In this document: positions 53,424 through 63,751 of the stretch, in pieces
How positions within the stretch are numbered: the first letter of the stretch is position 1
Layout: every line of letters starts with the position of its first letter
Assembly (NCBI GenBank): GCA_965644495.1
Contig: CBFFSA010000001.1
Span: 124,001 to 188,000 of the forward strand
Source of the DNA: Perkinsela sp. CCAP 1560/9
Taxonomy: Eukaryota > Protista > Euglenozoa: Kinetoplastea
Direction: 5' to 3'
Length of the DNA: 64,000 nt
Notes under the pieces: generated by a model
What the model was told of the DNA's origin: nothing
Seen by the model: only the letters and a program-made list of their open reading frames with translations
The model's database searches: none
Program-made: the position numbers and the translations under genes

Positions 53424-54608
53424 ATGGAAATAGATCCGGATTTGGAACTTGAGGAAAACAAAGTAAACGTCGATCACACCATTGTGCTCATGCAGTTGCG
53501 ATACGAGTATCAAAGTTCGTACACGTTCTACTCAGATAAAGCCTCTGTCAAGGAACACATGCTTGCGGTCATTCAGCAACACAACATGGCTCCGTATTAT
53601 GCTGCAGCCTGTAAGTGTCTTGGATGGGAATTCAACTCTGAGATGTTTGAAAACATGCAAAAGAGAAATACTGCAGAAGAAGAAGCACTGCTAAAAGATG
53701 TATCGGATGCTAAAGAAAATATGGGAGAAAGCGATGTTCGCGACGCGCTACAAAAGGTTTGTGATTTCTATGCGAGTATTGGCAATCTCACTATGTGTGA
53801 AGAGTATAGCACGGAATGCTTTGATCGTACTTTGGGTAAAAGCCCGAAGCTTGATCTTCTTTTTCAACGGATACGACTTGGCCTTGCTGCGTGTGATTTG
53901 CAACTCGTGAGGACCAAAATTGATGCTGCAAAAGAAATTTTAAAGTCTCATGGAGACTGGGAGCGACGAAACCGGCTTAAAGTGTACGAGGCACTTTATT
54001 TCGTATCTGTACGTAAATTCTCACTTGCAAGTCCACTGTTACTAGATTCGATATCAACCTTTAGCGCACATGAGGTAATGGAATATAAGGATTTTCTTTT
54101 GGTCGCGATTATTGTAAGTCTCGTGATTTTGGACAGACCCACCTTACGGAAGCACATTACGGAGTGCAGCGACATCGTGGCTCACTTCCCTGAGCTCCCA
54201 GCGTGCGAGGAGGTGCTTACTGCTCTGCACAACTGCAACTACCGCTGCATCTTTTCCGGACTCGATGCTCTGTGTCACTCCGTGCAGCGTAGTGTTTTGC
54301 TAAACCCTCACGTGGATTATATTTACCGTGAGCTGCGCATACGTGCTATCTCACAGTTTCTTGAATCCTACCGAAGCGTCACGCTTTCTTCTATGGCCTC
54401 CGCCTTTTTCATTTCAGAAGACGCAATGGAAAAACAATTATGTTCCTTTATTGCGAGTGGGAGGTTGCACTGCAAAATAGATAAACTGAATGGAAGTGTT
54501 ACGGCCACAAAGAAGAATCCCGTCACTGAATATTACCGAAAGATTATGGAGAAAGGGGATGCTTTGATGCACCGCGTTCAGAAACTTAGCCGTGCTGTGG
54601 GGAACTAA
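53424..54608 (+). CDS. RPN7: 26S proteasome regulatory subunit RPN7
   Basis: NMAPYY, GDWERRNRLKVYE, QFLESYRSVTLSSMASAF, GRLHCKIDK PCI domain. Confidence 0.97.
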   Translation: MEIDPDLELEENKVNVDHTIVLMQLRYEYQSSYTFYSDKASVKEHMLAVIQQHNMAPYYAAACKCLGWEFNSEMFENMQKRNTAEEEALLKDVSDAKENMGESDVRDALQKVCDFYASIGNLTMCEEYSTECFDRTLGKSPKLDLLFQRIRLGLAACDLQLVRTKIDAAKEILKSHGDWERRNRLKVYEALYFVSVRKFSLASPLLLDSISTFSAHEVMEYKDFLLVAIIVSLVILDRPTLRKHITECSDIVAHFPELPACEEVLTALHNCNYRCIFSGLDALCHSVQRSVLLNPHVDYIYRELRIRAISQFLESYRSVTLSSMASAFFISEDAMEKQLCSFIASGRLHCKIDKLNGSVTATKKNPVTEYYRKIMEKGDALMHRVQKLSRAVGN

Positions 54609-54922
54609 TTCCCGATTCTGGAGCATCCGTCAAATACTGCTTTCTATTTCTTATGCCCTGGAGAACTCGTTTTATCCAGAAGTTTTGATGACTATGTAAA
54701 AGGGGTGGAAATTAGCGTTCGATGATTACAAAATAGGACGCAAAACAAAATAAAACTGAGACAAAATTGATTTAATAACAATTAGTTTTTTGATGCTCGC
54801 AGTAACACTCAAGATTTCCGATCTTCACCAAAAACGTTGCTTGATCATTGGTCTCTGATATCTCTTAGATTCACGTATCTAGGTCCCTCTCATTTTTTCA
54901 GTCAAATATATTTTCTTCATCA

Positions 54923-57463
54923 ATGAGCAGAGTGGCTGACGGTCTATGGCGTTCGGAGGATATGGTATACGTACGGCTACAAATGCAACGTGAGACGGCG
55001 CATGAAACTATAAAACGTATTGGTCTTTTGGGTGTGGCAGAATTCATTGATCTGGAAAAGAACACCTCATGCCTCTCTCGAAAGTTTTCTTTAGAACTAC
55101 GACGCTGTGAGGAACTGGAGAGAAGGGTTGACTACTTGATAAGCCAGACCGATCAGATTGAATCTCCTGAGGATCACGGTTCTTGCATTCTCCCGCTTGG
55201 CCTTACTCAGGCAGCACCCACGCTGGACTCCTTGGATGCCAAACTAGAGGAGTACGAAAAGGACGTCCGGGACCTCAACGCAAAGTTCGAACAAATGAAC
55301 GCCGAGATGAATCGTAACCGCGAGTTCCACGAGGTGCTTCGCCGAGAGACTGCCTTCTTCCACGGCGGGGATGAGGAACTCACCAACCGCTCCGTTGAAC
55401 TCGCCTCTCGTGAGCTCCGAGAGCCCGAACGCGGGCTAAGTCTCCTTACCGGGGTGCTGGAGGACGACAAACTCCACGACCTGGAGAAACTCATCTACCG
55501 TGCCACCAAAGGGAACTCCTTTGTGCGGTTCGACCCCATTGAGGACACCTTCCTCGAGGGCCCAGGCCACTCCCCCCAACACAAAACCGTCTTTGCCGTG
55601 TTCTTCTCCGCTCCCCGGATTCACCAACGCCTCATGAAAGTGTGTCAAACCCTGGAGGCCAACCTCTACCCCTACCGTGAGGGGATGAGTGCCGCGATCC
55701 GCGCCCAGCTCACCAAACAGATCAGCGCACTGCGCCAAGCCCTGGCCGAGACCCAGCGCTGTCGGGACCAGACCCTCGCGGACGTCCAGCGCGAGATCCA
55801 CACCTGGAAGGCGTTGGTGCAGACCAAACGCGCAGTGTACCAAACACTCAACAAAATCACCTTTGCCGGGATGACCTGCGTCGCGGAGGCCTGGGTCCCG
55901 AAAGCGGAGCTCGGGGCGCTGCGTCGGGTCGTCACCGAGGCCGAGGTCGCGACCGGGGTGATGGCGAGTACGGTGGTGCAGGTGGCGCCCCCCGGGGCGG
56001 GGAGAACCCCCCCGACGTTCTTTAGGGTGGATAAGTACACCGAGACGTTCCAGGGGATTGTGGAGAGCTACGGGGTGGCGCGGTATAAGGAGGTGAACCC
56101 GGCGGTGCTTTCCGTGGTGACGTTTCCGTACCTTTTTGGGGTGATGTATGGAGATGTGGGCCATGGGGTGATGCTGACAGCTGTGGCGGTGTATCTGATT
56201 GCGCGGGAACGGTATTTTTTGCGTAACTCGCAAGGGGAGATGTTTGATATGATTTTCGGGGCTCGATATTTGCTCGTGTTGATGGGCGTCTTTGCGACTT
56301 ATATCGGGATGCTGTATAATGACACGTTTGGGCTTGTGCTTGGGGCTTTTCCCTCGGGTTACCAGTGGCTTCGAGGAGAAGGGCACGATTTTTTGTCTCA
56401 CGAGGAGTCGGATCTGTCTCCCACGCAAGGGTTCGTGACGTGGTTTGGGGTGGACTCCGCATGGGCAGAGACGGAGAACAAGCTGGAGTTTATGAACTCG
56501 TTGAAAATGAAAGGAGCAATTATTATTGGTGTACTTCAGATGTTCGCCGGGCTGTTCTTGGGGTTGTTAAATCATTTGTACTTCCGCGACTGGAAGCGAG
56601 TGTGGTTCGAATTTGTGCCAGAAGCTGTGTTTCTGATGTGTACCTTTGGTTACATGGCTATACTTATTCTATTGAAGTGGTGTACCGCTTTCGGTTCTAC
56701 GCATGACGCACCGTCCTTGCTAGAGACCATGACGAATTTCTTCTTGGCGCCAGGCACCGTACTACAGCCTCTGTATGCGGGACAAGCTGGGATGCAAGTT
56801 TTCCTTTTACTAGTGGCGTTTCTTATGATTCCCACGATGTTGTTTCCAATTCCTTACCTGGAGTGGCGAGCGCACAAGAAGCGGTGCTCCGAGGCAGCCG
56901 AAAAGGCACGCACTCTTCCCGTCACCGTTCGATCATGCACGCCTCAACCAGGTTCGCAGAACGTGTATGCCAGCGATAATACGGAACCTTTTATAGATGG
57001 CGACAAATCTCGAATGCCTATCCACGAAGTTGATACGGATGACGGTGGTGCGCACGATCTTGAGACTGTTTCCGTCCCCGCGTTTGACCTCAGTGAAGTG
57101 GTCATCCACCAAATGATTCACACGATTGAATTTGTTCTGGGTTGTGTGTCGAATACTGCAAGTTATCTTCGTCTCTGGGCGCTCTCCCTGGCACATGCAG
57201 AACTCAGTGAAGTTTTCTGGAATTTTGCCTTCTTGAAGGCATTAGACATGGATTCTGGAAATGGTGTGATCGTGTTCGTGGGGTTCGGAGTGTGGCTTAC
57301 CGTCACCATTGGTGTTCTTCTGATGATGGAAGGGCTTTCAGCGTTTCTTCATGCGCTACGTCTTCACTGGGTAGAATTTCAAAACAAATTTTATCTTGCA
57401 GATGGGAAGAAATTTTCACCGTTCGTAATCAGTGATGCAGCTTTATATGAGAGCTGTACTTAA
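54923..57463 (+). CDS. VPH1: V-type ATPase V0 subunit a
   Basis: RSEDM, PPTFF, YGVARYKEVNP, FPYLFGVMYGDVGHG, NSLKMK, HQMIHTIEFVLGCVSNTASYLRLWALSLAH, LRLHWVEFQNKFY. Confidence 0.97.
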   Translation: MSRVADGLWRSEDMVYVRLQMQRETAHETIKRIGLLGVAEFIDLEKNTSCLSRKFSLELRRCEELERRVDYLISQTDQIESPEDHGSCILPLGLTQAAPTLDSLDAKLEEYEKDVRDLNAKFEQMNAEMNRNREFHEVLRRETAFFHGGDEELTNRSVELASRELREPERGLSLLTGVLEDDKLHDLEKLIYRATKGNSFVRFDPIEDTFLEGPGHSPQHKTVFAVFFSAPRIHQRLMKVCQTLEANLYPYREGMSAAIRAQLTKQISALRQALAETQRCRDQTLADVQREIHTWKALVQTKRAVYQTLNKITFAGMTCVAEAWVPKAELGALRRVVTEAEVATGVMASTVVQVAPPGAGRTPPTFFRVDKYTETFQGIVESYGVARYKEVNPAVLSVVTFPYLFGVMYGDVGHGVMLTAVAVYLIARERYFLRNSQGEMFDMIFGARYLLVLMGVFATYIGMLYNDTFGLVLGAFPSGYQWLRGEGHDFLSHEESDLSPTQGFVTWFGVDSAWAETENKLEFMNSLKMKGAIIIGVLQMFAGLFLGLLNHLYFRDWKRVWFEFVPEAVFLMCTFGYMAILILLKWCTAFGSTHDAPSLLETMTNFFLAPGTVLQPLYAGQAGMQVFLLLVAFLMIPTMLFPIPYLEWRAHKKRCSEAAEKARTLPVTVRSCTPQPGSQNVYASDNTEPFIDGDKSRMPIHEVDTDDGGAHDLETVSVPAFDLSEVVIHQMIHTIEFVLGCVSNTASYLRLWALSLAHAELSEVFWNFAFLKALDMDSGNGVIVFVGFGVWLTVTIGVLLMMEGLSAFLHALRLHWVEFQNKFYLADGKKFSPFVISDAALYESCT

Positions 57464-57745
57464 GTAGCTTTGTACTGGAGCGCACGAACTATTATGTGCT
57501 TGTATGTACTCTGAGGTTACTCAAAATCTAAGACTGTTTTTGATATCCGGCGCATCCGAAATCGGATATGGGTAGCATTTGATTTGACGCAGCTTTCAAC
57601 CCTCTTATTGAGCAACCTTTTTTGCTGAAAACTGTCCTTTGGAAACGCTCAAATCATATAGATAATTTTGCGTTGTACATCCTTATTTACATTTACATTC
57701 TACATTCCACTAAAGACTTTTACTTTTAAAAAGACTCGTTTCTAC

Positions 57746-60700
57746 ATGTCTGCAGACAGGGGACGTGGCACAAGGGGTCGGGGATCTAAGGCTATGGCTA
57801 CTCCCACGCCGGCGCGTAACGTACACTCCGCGATACCTCCGCGAACCGTCTCGGCTCCGAATGACATCGGAAACCTTGCTCGAGCAGCACTTGTAGAACA
57901 GTCTTCCCGAGCCTCCCAAGGGAAGCCCATTCCCCCTGTTCGAGGTCCAAATCAACGTGACCCTCCTCCGAAACCGAAGTCAGGCAAGGGAGAAAAAGTA
58001 GAAGTCGTAGATAGCGGAGCACGAAAGAGCACAGCGGAAACCCAACCCGGACCACCTTTCTCCAGCCGTCCCAGAAAACCCGTCCTACACGAACCCACCG
58101 GACCAGCTGCGAGATATCCCGAAACCACCTACACCAACCCCCCACCACCATTCGTCGATCGCAGACACCCTCAGCACCCCCAACCGATTGGCTACTACGA
58201 CCATCCCCACCCCGAGGTTCCCCGCATGCACGCCTCCCAGCCGATGCAGCCTGTCATGCACTACGCTCCTCACTACGCTTCCCATCACTTTCCGCATGAC
58301 CCCTACGGGGGTACGCACGCGATCCCTGCAGGGTACGCCATGACCTATGGGGTTCGAGGCCCAGAAGAAATACGACACCCCGGGACTACTGGGGTTTTTT
58401 ACCCCCCGATGAGAATACCCCAACCCTCACCGGCATATCATAGGGATATGCCGGTCAAGGATGACACCTCTTTAGAAAGCGCTTCTGTACCGGCGATGCA
58501 GCCTGTCATGCACTACGCTCCTCACTACGCTTCCCATCACTTTCCGCATGACCCCTACGGGGGTACGCACGCGATCCCTGCAGGGTACGCCATGACCTAT
58601 GGGGTTCGAGGCCCAGAAGAAATACGACACCCCGGGACTACTGGGGTTTTTTACCCCCCGATGAGAATACCCCAACCCTCACCGGCATATCATAGGGATA
58701 TGCCGGTCAAGGATGACACCTCTTTAGAAAGCGCTTCTGTACCGGCGCCTGTGAGCGAACCACTGCAGCCTGTTTTGGATATCGTTATCACGGATGCCAG
58801 TGGGAGACGTCACGATCTGCAGGACTGGGTCGCGACCTCGGAACACAATAAAGAGGAGGAAGTAAGGGTTTCGGCAGAGGAAACGGACAAGACGTTGGAT
58901 GGGGAAGAAACGGGACTATCCAAGGATAGTGTTCCGAGCTCAGCGGAGGAAAAACACGGAGGTGAGGAAAAGGAAGATGAAAAAATATCTCATGATTCAG
59001 CTGAAAGGTCTGAAAAAGAGGGGGATATCACGGATTCTTCAAGGACACAAGATGTTTCACAGCATAAACAAGAAGAGAACAACGACGTTACACCCTCCAG
59101 CTCAGATGATATCTCAGAATCTATGGCTAACCTTAATATCTTATCAGCTCAGGAAACGCAATTATCCTCGAAGGAAGAAGTCGATACACAGGATCTTGTG
59201 GAAGAGCAAACGAGCTCTGCACAAAGGACACATAATGCAGGTACGGATGTATCCCCAGTGGATGCCATATTCGAGATGTTCTTGCGACATCGCAAAGCAT
59301 GGAATCCCGAGACATGTCCTCCGTTTCCCGGAGTCCTTGAAGTAAGACAATCTATAGAAATGTATAACAAGCGTGAAATGAAAGATAATGTTCTTGTGTA
59401 CCACGAACCTTCTCGCGAGGAGCATGCGATCATATTCGGAACCGAGGTAAACAGAGCGCACAGTGTACGAGATATATTCACAAACAAATCCGAGAATCCT
59501 TTTACACATCGCAATAGAAATCGAGAATCCGAATCTGAGGCAACTAAAAAGCATCTCCAGAGCATATTAAACAAGCTGTCCGAAGCGAATTACCGTTCGC
59601 TATGCACCGAACTGCTAAATACTAAATTTAATGCTCTATGTCGAGAACCCGAGTTTATGAAGGACGTTGTAAACATGTTCTTTGATAAAGCTATTAACGA
59701 AACAGCCTTTGCGCCTCTTTATGCACAATTTTGTCAGGACATTTATGCACACTGGAAAAGACAAGCGGTGGAGGATCGCTCTGATCCGACAGACAAAAGT
59801 ACACACCAATCTACGACGTTTCGCCGACAGCTCCTTGAACATTGCAGAGAAGCCTTCATGAGCGGCTCTCATGTGCAGAGCGATCCCCTTAGCGAGGTCA
59901 AGGAGGTCCCAGCAATGGACGATCCAGTCCACTGGAAACGCACCGTCGGAACTGTGAAATTTATAGGTGAGCTTTTCAAACTTCGACTCATAGCGAAAGG
60001 CATTATGCATGAAATCTCTTACAAAATGCTTTTTAGTCCTCTTACTGATAGAATGAGGGATAATTCTTTACTCCTTTTTTGTGAGCTGATGGAATCTATT
60101 GGTCCGCTTCTTGAAAACTCTGAGTCGGAAGTAGGGAATATGCACATTTACTTCGAGAATGTTTGTGTACTCTCCGCTACCTATCCCAACATTCGCGTCC
60201 GATTTAAGCTTCTCAATTTATTGGAACTTCGACAACGTGACTGGGCAGGAGTTTCCAGCACAGCGCTGAGTAAAACATATGGTCCGTACTCCCAGGCTAT
60301 GCCATCACAAGAGATTTCGTCGAAATCCGTCATGAGTTCCTCCGCTTCTCGGCCCGTACCGCCCCACTCCACGGGCAACTATGCCCGGCCTTCCTTGCGC
60401 GGAAGTCGAAGAGAGAACGAATCCCCTAGTCGTGGTAGCTACGCTGAACGTATGGTATCACCACTGGCGCCTAACACTGCGAAATCTTTTCCTGCCGTCC
60501 GATGCGTCCTGTCGAGGACCTCCAGCGAACGATCGGATCTCTCGGCAATGAAACTACCAACGAGGTCCTCGTCTTCCGATTTGGATTCTGTACTCAATAC
60601 ACCCGACATTAACGCTAGACTTTCGAATTTGGGCTCAGCGACTACCGACCAGATTACACAAAAACTCGAGGAGAAAGCTATGATGGCATTACAGGAAAGT

Positions 60701-61579
60701 ATTCCTTATGCCATTGAAATCGTGGAAGTGTTTAAAATTAACGACTACAACCTTTTCCTTCAAAAGTGCATTGATACGCTGTGCAGCTCTGTCCAAAGAT
60801 TTGGTGATGCGAGGTGTGCGTTTGGAAGCTTCTCAAAATCGATCCTCAAAAATACAGACGCGAAATCAGAACTTTCCATTGCTCTTAACTCAGTTATCCG
60901 AAATTGGATTTCTCGGGAGCAATATACTGATGCGCCAAAGCTCTGGGTGACTTTTGCGGAGATCGTTTCGTCACTTATAGAAAGTGGGCTACTTCTGAGG
61001 GGATATTGGAATGACGCCTTACAGATTGTGCTACAAGCCGGGGAAGCCGACATGAACTTAAAAGGTTACATTGAAGCTGTTCATCTTAAAACAGACACGT
61101 CAGATATCACTGGCATCGCAAAGGATGTAACAAATATTCCGTATCTTCGAACAATGTCTGTCGCGGAGTGGCCTGAAAGCTTCGAATTATTAGTCAACGC
61201 AGATGTTGAAGAGTCCGCACTTAAGGAGTACAAGGCTATAAGGAAAGTGAAGTGGGTTTTTCCTTCAAAACGTTACGATGCTTTGTGGGCCAGCCGATGC
61301 GCTTCCGTTCTTTTTACATTTATGCTAAAAGAAAAAATTTCATATGAATCGGAGATGTGTGCACGGTTATTGGATTTTGCCGCTTTTATCGCCGACGGTC
61401 GTTCTGTAAAAGAAAGAGCACGAAACGAATTAATACTGCTAATTGAGTTGAATCATTCTGCACACGCTTTAGATATGAAAGAGGACGTACAAGTGCTTAC
61501 TGATATTTTGGTGCAGAGCAAGATAATATCGACAGAGACAGTCACAGAGTGTAAAAATCTACTAAAACTTATACCTTAA
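57746..61579 (+). CDS. eIF4G-family MIF4G-domain protein
   Basis: LQSILNKLSEANY, FDKAINETAFAPLYAQFC, FRRQLLEHC...F, GTVKFIGELFK, RVRFKLLNLLELR..W. Confidence 0.9.
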   Translation: MSADRGRGTRGRGSKAMATPTPARNVHSAIPPRTVSAPNDIGNLARAALVEQSSRASQGKPIPPVRGPNQRDPPPKPKSGKGEKVEVVDSGARKSTAETQPGPPFSSRPRKPVLHEPTGPAARYPETTYTNPPPPFVDRRHPQHPQPIGYYDHPHPEVPRMHASQPMQPVMHYAPHYASHHFPHDPYGGTHAIPAGYAMTYGVRGPEEIRHPGTTGVFYPPMRIPQPSPAYHRDMPVKDDTSLESASVPAMQPVMHYAPHYASHHFPHDPYGGTHAIPAGYAMTYGVRGPEEIRHPGTTGVFYPPMRIPQPSPAYHRDMPVKDDTSLESASVPAPVSEPLQPVLDIVITDASGRRHDLQDWVATSEHNKEEEVRVSAEETDKTLDGEETGLSKDSVPSSAEEKHGGEEKEDEKISHDSAERSEKEGDITDSSRTQDVSQHKQEENNDVTPSSSDDISESMANLNILSAQETQLSSKEEVDTQDLVEEQTSSAQRTHNAGTDVSPVDAIFEMFLRHRKAWNPETCPPFPGVLEVRQSIEMYNKREMKDNVLVYHEPSREEHAIIFGTEVNRAHSVRDIFTNKSENPFTHRNRNRESESEATKKHLQSILNKLSEANYRSLCTELLNTKFNALCREPEFMKDVVNMFFDKAINETAFAPLYAQFCQDIYAHWKRQAVEDRSDPTDKSTHQSTTFRRQLLEHCREAFMSGSHVQSDPLSEVKEVPAMDDPVHWKRTVGTVKFIGELFKLRLIAKGIMHEISYKMLFSPLTDRMRDNSLLLFCELMESIGPLLENSESEVGNMHIYFENVCVLSATYPNIRVRFKLLNLLELRQRDWAGVSSTALSKTYGPYSQAMPSQEISSKSVMSSSASRPVPPHSTGNYARPSLRGSRRENESPSRGSYAERMVSPLAPNTAKSFPAVRCVLSRTSSERSDLSAMKLPTRSSSSDLDSVLNTPDINARLSNLGSATTDQITQKLEEKAMMALQESIPYAIEIVEVFKINDYNLFLQKCIDTLCSSVQRFGDARCAFGSFSKSILKNTDAKSELSIALNSVIRNWISREQYTDAPKLWVTFAEIVSSLIESGLLLRGYWNDALQIVLQAGEADMNLKGYIEAVHLKTDTSDITGIAKDVTNIPYLRTMSVAEWPESFELLVNADVEESALKEYKAIRKVKWVFPSKRYDALWASRCASVLFTFMLKEKISYESEMCARLLDFAAFIADGRSVKERARNELILLIELNHSAHALDMKEDVQVLTDILVQSKIISTETVTECKNLLKLIP
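58242..58747 (+). repeat. Perfect 252-bp in-frame tandem duplication (84 aa) in the eIF4G N-terminus
   Basis: CGATGCAGCCTGTC... starts at 58242 and 58494; copies look identical. Confidence 0.95.
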
Positions 61580-62246
61580 AGATACTCTTCTAAAAGCTCG
61601 CTTCTTCACTTCGCTTCAATCGTTTTTAAGATTGCATTTCGAGTTCTACCATTGTGAGTGGCCGAGGTATAATATTTTTTCCGAGGATGCTGGGATTGCA
61701 TTCTGATATGCAGGCACAGTAAACCATATTTTAAGCTTTCCGAAAAAGCTACCAAGTAATCCTGAGAAAATAAATTTTAAGCTTAATAAAAGACTTAGTC
61801 TGGACATTGATACAATATTAATTCATTGACAACCTAAATTTTTTGGAGGGTTCTTGAGCTTAGTAATACTGTTTTATTAAGTTAATAGCTATTAAGATAA
61901 ATAGCTTAAGGTTCTTTTGAAAGAAGAGAAAATAAGCGAATAAGAAAACTTTTTGAACTCTGAATAGGGTAGTGTTACTTCGTACACTTTCAATGAATGC
62001 GTAATTTCGTCTCTCTATCGTAACCCTTTGGGAACTGAAGTTCCTTGTGCAAATCATGGCGGTTCAAGATGCGAATAGTCTGTACAAAGTATTGGAAAAA
62101 GGCGACTTCACACTAGAGGCTTTGTTACATTTCGATGAATTTCCCTTCCGTGTTCGGGAGCGACACCCTTCCTTGATGGAAAAATGGTGTCGAAAAATGG
62201 TTCACTACTAGTGAACGTATAGTGGGGACACTTTCTCTGCACACAA

Positions 62247-62756
62247 GTGGTCCCTCAGGTTGCACTTCAAAGACAACCACTTGGGCGGATATGTTCTCCC
62301 AGAAAAACTGTAAGTTCGAGGGATTCAGAAGGGTTAATTGCTCATCAATCTCCGAAAAACGCTGAAAGTCACATTGGAGAACCATTTTCAAGTGGCAGTC
62401 CCATACAGAAAAACGAAGATAGCAGAATACCTAATGTGAACCAAGACACCGACGTGCTTGATACCGACGAGGAACATTTGCTTCGAACAGACCCACATGC
62501 AACGTTAGGATTTGACTCTCCCGATGCTGTTGATGTATCACTTAGGAGAGATTTATGGACTCTAAATCCTTTTCCTCACTCCACTGAGGTTACACAATCA
62601 AGTCACCACTCGCCACGTTCTAGTTACCCCGCGCGCCACAGTCCTCTACTGGGGTCCGTAGCCCCACTGGGTGGAGTATCTGACTCTCCTGATACGTCAA
62701 GAGAGATTTTTGATGAGGAGTTGGCACCTGCTGTCTTCAACGCTTTCAATTATTAG
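62247..62756 (+). CDS. Possible disordered hypothetical protein or relic
   Basis: 169-codon ORF with GTG start and no in-frame ATG. Confidence 0.25.
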   Translation: MVPQVALQRQPLGRICSPRKTVSSRDSEGLIAHQSPKNAESHIGEPFSSGSPIQKNEDSRIPNVNQDTDVLDTDEEHLLRTDPHATLGFDSPDAVDVSLRRDLWTLNPFPHSTEVTQSSHHSPRSSYPARHSPLLGSVAPLGGVSDSPDTSREIFDEELAPAVFNAFNY

Positions 62757-63369
62757 AAACTACGGACATAGATGTTAGAATAGAAAGATTCTCTTACGAA
62801 ATAGTGGAAAGGTAAATAAGACGCGAGGCAAAAAAATGTAGAGCACCGAAATTACAACCTACAACGTTTTTATTTATTTAACTTCAGCACTGTTTTCTAT
62901 TTTCCTTCATGGAAACGAACTACAGTGCACACAATTATTTGTGTAACAATATTGAGGGAGATACGGTGAGTATCTAACTCGCTTACTATGGTTAATTCCA
63001 CGAGGCCAAAATCGGCATAAAACGAGCACAAAAACATTTTTTTCGAAATTTTAAAAACAGAGGTATGGCTCATCAATCAACACAATCTCTGTAATTCTCC
63101 AAAAATGAAAAAAATCGAGTACAGTCCACGGTTTTTAGAACGCTTTTACCAAAAATGAGACTCGGAATGCGGCTCAGAAACGGACATTTCAAATCCGAAA
63201 AAAACGCGAAGATCCTCGATTATGTTCCCAAATTGACAGACTACAGCTGTTTCAAAGTTTGGGGAATATTTTTGAGCTCCTTAACTAACTTCCAGAAATA
63301 TCTTTTTTTTGAAACGCATTTCACTCGTCGACGGCATAACAAATGAACGAAAAAAAGGTACGATTTTAT

Positions 63370-63666
63370 CGGCCATGAAAAACTGGCCAGCTGGCCACCC
63401 CCTGAAACAATTTTGAGCTAGTCACTTCCTGGAAAACTGGCCAGATGGCTACCAAAAACTGCAGTTTGCATTTCGTATGCGTAAGATGAATCGCGACGTC
63501 CAAAAAAAGTCGCAAGCTGCCCACCTCCTGCATGAAAGGGCAGCTGGTCACTTTTTCAGGGGGTGGCCAGGTGGCCACTTTTTCAAGGGGTGGCCAGCTG
63601 GCCACTTTTTCAAGGGGTGGCCAATTGGCCACTTTTTCAAGGGGTAGTCAGCTGACTACTTTTTAG
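63370..63666. repeat. 27-bp unit repeat (core palindrome TGGCCAGCTGGCCA), ~4.5 tandem copies plus inverted degenerate copies
   Basis: CAGCTGGCCACTTTTTCAAGGGGTGGC repeated at 63541-63666; reverse-orientation copies at 63370-63460. Confidence 0.85.
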
Positions 63667-63751
63667 AAGAAGATTGGCATTGTTTTGTCAATTCTTACTG
63701 CCATGATGCCCACGAATTTTCCTGATTGATACGACGAAACTATTTTTGTAG

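Noticed and set aside
63541-63666. Possible CRISPR array
   Set aside because: Head-to-tail 27-bp units without unique spacers; eukaryotic context; no cas genes
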